Source: Desulfobulbus propionicus DSM 2032 (GTDB taxonomy: Bacteria; Desulfobacterota; Desulfobulbia; Desulfobulbales; Desulfobulbaceae). Taken from it: DNA of 32,000 nucleotides. Shown here piece after piece: positions 26,570-32,000 of the stretch. The stretch lies in assembly GCF_000186885.1 (NCBI RefSeq), contig NC_014972.1, positions 3,330,001 to 3,362,000 on the forward strand, given 5' to 3'. The notes under the pieces are model-generated. The model did not search any database. It was not told the origin of the DNA and worked only from the letters and a program-made list of their open reading frames with translations. Positions within the stretch are counted from its first letter, which is position 1. Each line of letters opens with the position of its first letter. Both the position numbers and the translations under genes were made by a program.

Positions 26570-27838
26570 TCAGGATTTTGTCAGGCTGACCTGCGCCAAT
26601 TGCTCTTGTTTCTTTCGGCGGAATCCATAGTCAACCAGCTTTTCCAAATCCGCCCACATGGATTCGCTGCCCATGATGGCCACGACAATGGTTTGCCCTT
26701 CGCGGGAAAATTGACCGACGTAGGTCTGGCGGGCAGCGATCGTGTATCCGGTTTTGCCACCCACCGCGCCATCAAGCCGCCAGAGGGCCTTGTTGTGATT
26801 GCGCAAGGTCTTGCCGTAGGAGGTGCAGATGGACCGCTCGCGCATTCTCCGGGAGAATTCATCGTGCTGCATGGCAAAGCGGAAAAGATTGGCCAGATCC
26901 CGCGCCGTCGACTGCTGACCATCGGCAGTCAACCCCGAAGCGGTGCGGCAGATGGTATTTTTCGCCCCCCACATCTTGGCGCTGAGCGTCATGAGCGTGG
27001 CAAATTTGTCCTCGCTGCCGGCTATTTTCTCCGCCAAGGCCACACTGGCGTCATTGGCCGAGGCCAGCAACACGGCGTTGATCAGATCATTGGCCTGATA
27101 ATTTCTGTTGGGATCAAGGAAGATTTTCGAACTCGGCATGTCGGCGGCCCTGCGGCTGACATTGATCACATCGTCGTTGCGCAACGATTTCAAGGCAATC
27201 ATCGCGGTCACGATCTTGATGGTCGAAGCCGGCTGACGTGGATTATCCGCCATTTTTTCAAAAAGACTTTCCCCGCTTTCCGCGTCCATCACCATGACGC
27301 TTCGGGCGCTGATCTGTTTCTCGATCGGTGCCAGATCACCGGCCGCCACCGGGCTGATCGATACCGGCACCCTGGAAGCACGCTCCTGGGCGCGCGACAC
27401 GACAGCCTGCTTCGCCACGGTCCGTTTACGCGCGGCGGTCGATGAGCCGGGGGCCGTTCGCTTGCCCGTCTTGACCTTGGTTTTCGTCTGTTTGGTGACC
27501 GCTGCCGTGCGGGCAGAGGAGCTCGAGGCGACCTTGCCAACCGTCTTCTGCTTGGCAACGCTTTTTTTCGCCGCTGCCGATTGCGCGGCCGTGCGGCTCC
27601 CCTGCTTCTTCGCGGCGATTGTTGGCCGTGCGGACTTGGTGGCGGCAGCCTTGGACAAAGAAGCGGTTGCCGGCTTTTTTGCGGTCTTCACCGCCGCGGC
27701 AGCACTCACTTTTTTCGCTGTTCCTGATTTTCCCTTCGCAACCGTGGGCTGTTGCGCCCCAAGAACATCCGCTGTCGGCGGAAGCAGGAAAATGGTGCAC
27801 AGCAGGAAGGCGAAGGGGAGAAGAGAGTGTCGTCGCAT
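26570..27838 (-). CDS. D-alanyl-D-alanine carboxypeptidase (peptidase S11, PBP5/6-like) with a long Lys/Ala-rich N-terminal extension
   Basis: S11 motifs are ASTIK (SxxK), SANDAS (SxN) and KTGYT (KTG). The signal peptide is MRRHSLLPFAFLLCTIFLLPPTADVLGA. The start is ambiguous between ATG 27838 (chosen, no obvious SD) and TTG 27868 (track). Track-numbered residues ~41-166 are K/A/T/S-rich low complexity. Confidence 0.85.
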   Translation of the reverse strand: MRRHSLLPFAFLLCTIFLLPPTADVLGAQQPTVAKGKSGTAKKVSAAAAVKTAKKPATASLSKAAATKSARPTIAAKKQGSRTAAQSAAAKKSVAKQKTVGKVASSSSARTAAVTKQTKTKVKTGKRTAPGSSTAARKRTVAKQAVVSRAQERASRVPVSISPVAAGDLAPIEKQISARSVMVMDAESGESLFEKMADNPRQPASTIKIVTAMIALKSLRNDDVINVSRRAADMPSSKIFLDPNRNYQANDLINAVLLASANDASVALAEKIAGSEDKFATLMTLSAKMWGAKNTICRTASGLTADGQQSTARDLANLFRFAMQHDEFSRRMRERSICTSYGKTLRNHNKALWRLDGAVGGKTGYTIAARQTYVGQFSREGQTIVVAIMGSESMWADLEKLVDYGFRRKKQEQLAQVSLTKS

Positions 27839-27884
27839 GGCAAGAAAAAGGCAAAGGGTTGATTGCAAATTAGAAATGTTGAAA

Positions 27885-27913
27885 ATTTAATATTTCTCCT
27901 TGCGCCCTGTCAA
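27885..27913 (-). promoter_or_regulatory. Putative sigma70-type promoter: TTGACA, 17 nt spacer, TTAAAT
   Basis: Read on the minus strand. The -35 hexamer TTGACA is at 27913-27908 and the -10 hexamer TTAAAT is at 27890-27885, in the AT-rich divergent region upstream of the carboxypeptidase gene. Confidence 0.4.
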
Positions 27914-28005
27914 GCGAATTGCCCGTTTTCTTTGAAAATCGGAGATTCTTATGGTAAACAGCCCAACGTTACGTCATCAAGGGGTACTGGGACCGGGAGG
28001 AAAGA

Positions 28006-29784
28006 ATGCAAATGCAAGCAGAAACAGCTGATCACGGCAAGGATGACCAGCAAGGAAACGACAGCGCGACGGTGTTGTCGAACCTGCCGGTCATTCAGGA
28101 AAATGCGACCACCCTCAATGACTTGGTGGATATCAGCTGCCGGAAATACCGCAACCTGCCGGCCATCGGCATGGCGCTGGAGGAACCGCTGACCTACAAG
28201 GCGTTTCATGAGCGCATCCTGGCCATCGCCGCCCATCTTCGCGACCTGGGAGTCAAGCCGGGAGGCCGGGTGGCTCTTTTGGGAGAGAATTCCCACAACT
28301 GGGGAACGGTCTATTTGGCCGTTGTCCGTCTCGGCGCCAGCACCGTCCCCATCTTTCCCGACCTGCCCGAGGCGGATGTCCACCATATCCTGGGGGAAAT
28401 GCAGTGCGATATCATCTTCCTCACCCAGCGGCAGATCGAGAAGATCTACGACCTCAAGAAACAGCTGAAACACGTGATCACCCTGGATGATTACCGTGAC
28501 GATACCGGCCTGATCTCGCTTCAGACCTTCAGTGGCTTCCTCGCCGAGGCCCTCGCCACCTACGGCGAACAGGCCCGCGACGAACAGCTCGACTTTCCCC
28601 CGGTCAACAAGGACGACCTGGCCTCCATCCTCTATACCTCCGGGACGTCTGGTTTTTCCAAGGCGGTGATGCTCAGCCACGCCAACCTCTGCGCCAATGC
28701 CCACTCGGCCAGCGGGGTCATCCAGATCGTTCCCGGCTGGGTGTTTCTTTCAGTGCTGCCCATTTCCCACACCTACGAGTTCACGGTCGGCTTCCTCCTG
28801 CCGCTCTTGAAGGGATGCCGCATCGTCTATGCCGGCAAGACACCGACCCCCGCCGTGCTGCAGAAGATCTGCGAACGGGAACAACCCCATGTGATGCTGG
28901 TAGTCCCCCTGATCATTGAAAAAATCTTCAAGAAGCGGGTGGCCCCGGCCGTGGAAAAAAGCAAGATGCTCACTTTTTTCTGCCGCTTCAGCATGAGCCG
29001 CAAGATGATTTACCGCAAGATCGGCGCCAAGTTGCTCGCCTTTTTCGGCAACCGCCTGGAGGTGATGGGTATCGGCGGCGCGGCTCTCAACCCAGAGGTG
29101 GAATTGTTTCTGCGCGATGCCAGCTTTCCTTTCATTGTCGGCTACGGCCTGACCGAGGCCGCGCCCTTGCTGGCCGGCGGCCCCCATGGCGACACCACCA
29201 TCTGTCTGGGATCCACTGGCAAGCCCGTGCCCAATGTGGAGATTCGCATCGACGATCCCCATCCTGAAACAGGAATCGGCGAGATCGTGGCCCGGGGGCC
29301 GAATGTCATGCAGGGCTATCTCAACGATCCGGAAGCCACCAAGGACTCCTTCACCGAGGATGGCTGGCTGAAGACCGGAGACCTGGGACGTCTTGACGAC
29401 GCCGGCAACCTGCTCATCAAGGGTCGTTCCAAATCGGTCATCGTCTTGTCCAACGGCGAAAACGTCTATCCCGAGGCGATCGAACACAAGGTCAACGCCT
29501 ACCCTTTCGTGGTGGAATCCCTGGTGGTGGAAAATCGAGGCATGCTCGAGGCATGGGTCTATCCGGATTACGAATTTATCGACAGCAAGACCTCCGGCCA
29601 AAACCGCACCCAGCGCCATCAGTATATCGCCGGCCTGCTCGAGGAGATGCGCACTGCCCTCAACGAGCAGTTGTCCACCTCCTCCCGGCTGTCACGGGTG
29701 CTCGAACGACGGGAACCCTTTGTCAAGACGGCCACCCACAAGATCAAGCGCTATCTCTATTCAGCCGACAACATGCACGTCTAA
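28006..29784 (+). CDS. Long-chain acyl-CoA synthetase (AMP-forming adenylate-forming enzyme family)
   Basis: GGGAGGAAAGA lies upstream of ATG 28006. The AMP-binding signature is ILYTSGTSGFSKAVMLSH, with GYGLTEAAP and TGDLGRLDDAGNLLIKGRSKSVIVLSNGENVYPEAIE. Confidence 0.85.
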   Translation: MQMQAETADHGKDDQQGNDSATVLSNLPVIQENATTLNDLVDISCRKYRNLPAIGMALEEPLTYKAFHERILAIAAHLRDLGVKPGGRVALLGENSHNWGTVYLAVVRLGASTVPIFPDLPEADVHHILGEMQCDIIFLTQRQIEKIYDLKKQLKHVITLDDYRDDTGLISLQTFSGFLAEALATYGEQARDEQLDFPPVNKDDLASILYTSGTSGFSKAVMLSHANLCANAHSASGVIQIVPGWVFLSVLPISHTYEFTVGFLLPLLKGCRIVYAGKTPTPAVLQKICEREQPHVMLVVPLIIEKIFKKRVAPAVEKSKMLTFFCRFSMSRKMIYRKIGAKLLAFFGNRLEVMGIGGAALNPEVELFLRDASFPFIVGYGLTEAAPLLAGGPHGDTTICLGSTGKPVPNVEIRIDDPHPETGIGEIVARGPNVMQGYLNDPEATKDSFTEDGWLKTGDLGRLDDAGNLLIKGRSKSVIVLSNGENVYPEAIEHKVNAYPFVVESLVVENRGMLEAWVYPDYEFIDSKTSGQNRTQRHQYIAGLLEEMRTALNEQLSTSSRLSRVLERREPFVKTATHKIKRYLYSADNMHV

Positions 29785-29820
29785 CCTTTCGCCCAACAAC
29801 ACACTAACAAAGGGGGAACC

Positions 29821-31053
29821 ATGAACAAATTACCGGCAGCCGTGGGACTGATCCTGCTGACCGCCACCGGATCGGCCCTTGCCTCCGGCTATCGCATCCC
29901 GGAACAGTCGGTGAATTCCACCGCCCGGGCCGGCAGTTATGTTGCCTACACACCCGGGGCCGACGCCGCCTATTACAATCCCGCCAACATGTCCTGGCTT
30001 GAGGATCGGGCCTATCTGGAGGCGGACGCCACCTGGATCCATTTGAACTCGGTTGCCTATGCCGACAGCCGCAGTTCATCGTTGAATGGCAGTTCCGAGG
30101 CGGAAAATTTTTTCATGCCCACCTTCTTTGCCGTTTCCCCTGACTACAACAATTTTCGCGTCGGCTTTTCCGTCACCGCCCCGGCCGGGTTATCCAAACG
30201 ATGGCAGGATCCGTATCCCCGGACCTTTGCCGAGGAATTCAGCCTCAAGGTTTTTGAATTCAACCCCACCCTCTCCTACAAGTTCAGCGACCGGCTTGCC
30301 GTTGGCGCCGGCGTCCGCGCCATCTATGTGGACGGCAAGGTGAAAAGCAACGGTATCATCGACCATTACGGCAGCACCGCCATCCGCGACATGGATGGTG
30401 ACGCCCTGGAAGCCGGATACAACCTGGCGGTGACCGCCCGGCCCACGGAGGACATGAACATCAGCGTCACCTACCGATCCGAGGTCGACCTGGGCATCGA
30501 AGGACACGCCGACCTGAACACCAATGTGCTGTCAGGCAGATACAGCGGAGACACCGGCGTGGAGATCCCCCTGCCGGCAATTCTGGCGGTGGCCGTGTCC
30601 TACACCTTTTTTGATCAATTGACGGTTGAACTGGAATACGATCAGACCTATTGGTCCGATTACGCCTATCTGGACTTCACCTACCCGGCCCCCTTTGCCA
30701 ACCCGGTGTTCGCGGCAGCCTTTGATGACGCCAAGGCCAAACACTGGTCGGATACCAATGCCTGGCGCTTGAGCGTCACCTACGACTTGAAGAACGACTT
30801 CATCCTCATGGCCGGATTTGCCATTGACGAAAATCCGGTGCCGGAAGCGACCCTCGGTTTTGAGCTGCCTGATTCCGACGCCCTGCTCTATTCGGCGGGC
30901 GTTCGCTACAAGGTGAACAAGGACATGGAACTGGGCGTCGCCTATCTCTATGACGACAAGGAGAGCCGCTCGGTGAACAATGGGACGGTGAAGGGCACCA
31001 TCGACGAAGCCGGGGCCCACCTGCTGACCTTCGGTTTGACCTATGCCTTCTGA
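29821..31053 (+). CDS. fadL: FadL/TodX-family outer-membrane transporter for long-chain fatty acids or hydrophobic compounds
   Basis: Signal peptide MNKLPAAVGLILLTATGSALA. The N-terminal hatch is SGYRIPEQSVNSTARAG...AAYYNPANMSWL. Amphipathic beta-strands alternate along the sequence, and the C-terminus is LTFGLTYAF. It sits 36 nt after the acyl-CoA synthetase gene. Confidence 0.85.
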   Translation: MNKLPAAVGLILLTATGSALASGYRIPEQSVNSTARAGSYVAYTPGADAAYYNPANMSWLEDRAYLEADATWIHLNSVAYADSRSSSLNGSSEAENFFMPTFFAVSPDYNNFRVGFSVTAPAGLSKRWQDPYPRTFAEEFSLKVFEFNPTLSYKFSDRLAVGAGVRAIYVDGKVKSNGIIDHYGSTAIRDMDGDALEAGYNLAVTARPTEDMNISVTYRSEVDLGIEGHADLNTNVLSGRYSGDTGVEIPLPAILAVAVSYTFFDQLTVELEYDQTYWSDYAYLDFTYPAPFANPVFAAAFDDAKAKHWSDTNAWRLSVTYDLKNDFILMAGFAIDENPVPEATLGFELPDSDALLYSAGVRYKVNKDMELGVAYLYDDKESRSVNNGTVKGTIDEAGAHLLTFGLTYAF

Positions 31054-31079
31054 GTGACAACAGGCAACGCTTTGTGCAA

Positions 31080-31114
31080 GCGGGTCCGGAACAGTTCCGG
31101 TCCCGCTTTTTTTT
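31080..31114 (+). terminator. Rho-independent terminator after fadL
   Basis: GCGGGTCCGG (31080-31089) pairs with CCGGTCCCGC (31097-31106), a 10-bp stem with one T-T mismatch and a 7-nt loop, followed by T8 (31107-31114). The T-run overlaps the stop codon of the convergent M50 gene. Confidence 0.7.
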
Positions 31115-31745
31115 ATCCTAAGAGAAGAGCATTGGACATGCGGATAATCGGCATGATCAGCCAGCCGATCACCCCGGTGTAAAACAACCCAAGAAGAATA
31201 AAGAAACCAAAGGGTTCGAGTTTGGCATAGCTGCGGGCCGCCTCCGGCGGCAGCAACCCCATCAGCACCTTGGAGCCGTCGAGCGGCGGGATGGGGATGC
31301 AGTTGAACACTGCCAGCATGATGTTGATCCACACGCTGGCCGCGAGCATGGCCACCAGGGGTTGGAGAACGGCAAAGGGAAGAAAGCGGAACTGGACGAA
31401 CAGATGCGCCAGGGAAGCACTGGCAATGGCGAGCACCACATTGGCCCCGGGGCCGGCCAGGGCCACCTTGAGCATGTCCTGGCGAGGATTGCGAAAATAC
31501 CAGGGATTGACCGGCACCGGTTTGGCCCAGCCGATCTTCATGATGATGAAGGCGAGCACCCCGAGCGGATCGAGGTGTTTGAGCGGGTTGAGGGTCAGGC
31601 GGCCTTCGTTCTTGGCCGTGGGATCGCCCAGGCGAAACGCCACGTAGCCATGCGCCAGTTCGTGCACGGTCAAGGCAAAAAGCAACGGTGGGGCCTGGAT
31701 GATCAGCTGCTGCATGAAGCTGTTGAAATCGAAATTCATGGGCAT
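31113..31745 (-). CDS. Site-2 protease family (peptidase M50) integral membrane metalloprotease
   Basis: I place the start at ATG 31745 (MPMNFDFNSFMQQL). ATG 31739 is also possible, and the track extension to 31934 is not M50-like. The motifs are HELAHGYVA (HExxH) and NCIPIPPLDGSKV (NxxPxxxLDG), with several TM segments. Confidence 0.8.
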   Translation of the reverse strand: MPMNFDFNSFMQQLIIQAPPLLFALTVHELAHGYVAFRLGDPTAKNEGRLTLNPLKHLDPLGVLAFIIMKIGWAKPVPVNPWYFRNPRQDMLKVALAGPGANVVLAIASASLAHLFVQFRFLPFAVLQPLVAMLAASVWINIMLAVFNCIPIPPLDGSKVLMGLLPPEAARSYAKLEPFGFFILLGLFYTGVIGWLIMPIIRMSNALLLG

Positions 31746-31854
31746 CGGCGGATGTTTTTTACGGTTGTTGGGGTCTGGCTGTGGTTTCCAGCCTCTCTTG
31801 TGTGCAAAATCATAAGGTCGAACCGCGGAAAAGCGAGAGGAAAATGAGATCCGG

Positions 31855-32000
31855 TCAAGGACGACGGGGCAGAATGGGATGGGTGCTGCGGATGAAGGCC
31901 AGAGCCTGGTCGTGGCTGGTGATCTCGCCGTCAAGCTGCATTTCGATCAGGTGGTTATGGATGGCGCGGAACTGGGGGCCGGGGATATAGCCCATGGTCT
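31855..32000 (-). CDS. 3' end of a gene that runs off the window; product uncertain (the C-terminal motif is reminiscent of the CCA-adding/poly(A) polymerase family)
   Basis: My own translation of the minus strand gives ...TMGYIPGPQFRAIHNHLIEMQLDGEITSHDQALAFIRSTHPILPRRP followed by TGA at 31857-31855. The piece is too short to appear in the ORF track. The G-x-PGP...L-x-x-QLDGEI pattern resembles C-termini of tRNA nucleotidyltransferases as I remember them. Confidence 0.35.
   Translation of the reverse strand, partial: TMGYIPGPQFRAIHNHLIEMQLDGEITSHDQALAFIRSTHPILPRRP

Noticed and set aside
27294-27890. 198-aa + strand ORF
   Set aside because: It is antisense to the Lys/Ala-rich part of the DD-carboxypeptidase gene. 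The complement of the AAG/GCN-rich repeats gives a Phe/Ala/Cys-rich artefact.
27872-27897. Inverted repeat AGAAAT-N14-ATTTCT and duplicated TTGAAAAT in the dac/acyl-CoA synthetase divergent region
   Set aside because: These are only 6-8 bp matches inside an AT-rich promoter region, which is expected by chance. They are noted as possible operator material but not called.
31781-31990. 69-aa + strand ORF, and the 63-codon N-terminal extension of the M50 ORF (31746-31934)
   Set aside because: Both overlap the minus-strand 3' gene fragment (31855-32000) and the intergenic region. The products are Arg/Trp/Ser-rich with no motifs. M50-like sequence starts only at MPMNFDF.

Overview
GC-rich bacterial chromosomal segment. 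The protein content suggests an anaerobic delta-proteobacterial/Desulfobacterota-like organism, but this is an unverified impression. I count about 25 credible protein-coding genes. I saw no rRNA, tRNA, CRISPR array, IS/transposase, integrase or long repeat. Gene order from left to right: kup (5'-truncated); gltD and gltB on the minus strand; a DHH-CBS phosphoesterase; a tightly coupled operon of TonB-dependent receptor, YfiR-like (DUF4154) periplasmic protein and CHASE8-like/HAMP hybrid histidine kinase; a secreted hypothetical plus a HIT hydrolase; a stand-alone SF2 helicase; typA/bipA; a tiny membrane ORF interrupted by an in-frame TGA; a proline-rich bitopic protein; an operon of secreted two-domain protein, HAD hydrolase and NUDIX hydrolase; glgX translationally coupled to an SGNH hydrolase; a signal-less DUF1566 protein plus a CheY-like receiver; a DD-carboxypeptidase with a long Lys/Ala-rich extension; an acyl-CoA synthetase plus FadL; an M50 (site-2) protease; and the 3' end of one more gene. 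Most of this is housekeeping. The best candidate for an uncharacterised system is the TBDR/YfiR-like/hybrid-kinase operon (9185-14593), which follows YfiBNR-like logic but with a different outer-membrane partner and a phosphorelay output. The second candidate is the 53-codon membrane ORF with a C-x-x-TGA motif (19269-19430), a possible small selenoprotein. Because of the high GC content the ORF track holds many long antisense shadow ORFs, and these are rejected. All start-codon refinements, promoters and hairpins come from reading the sequence by eye, and none is verified by search.
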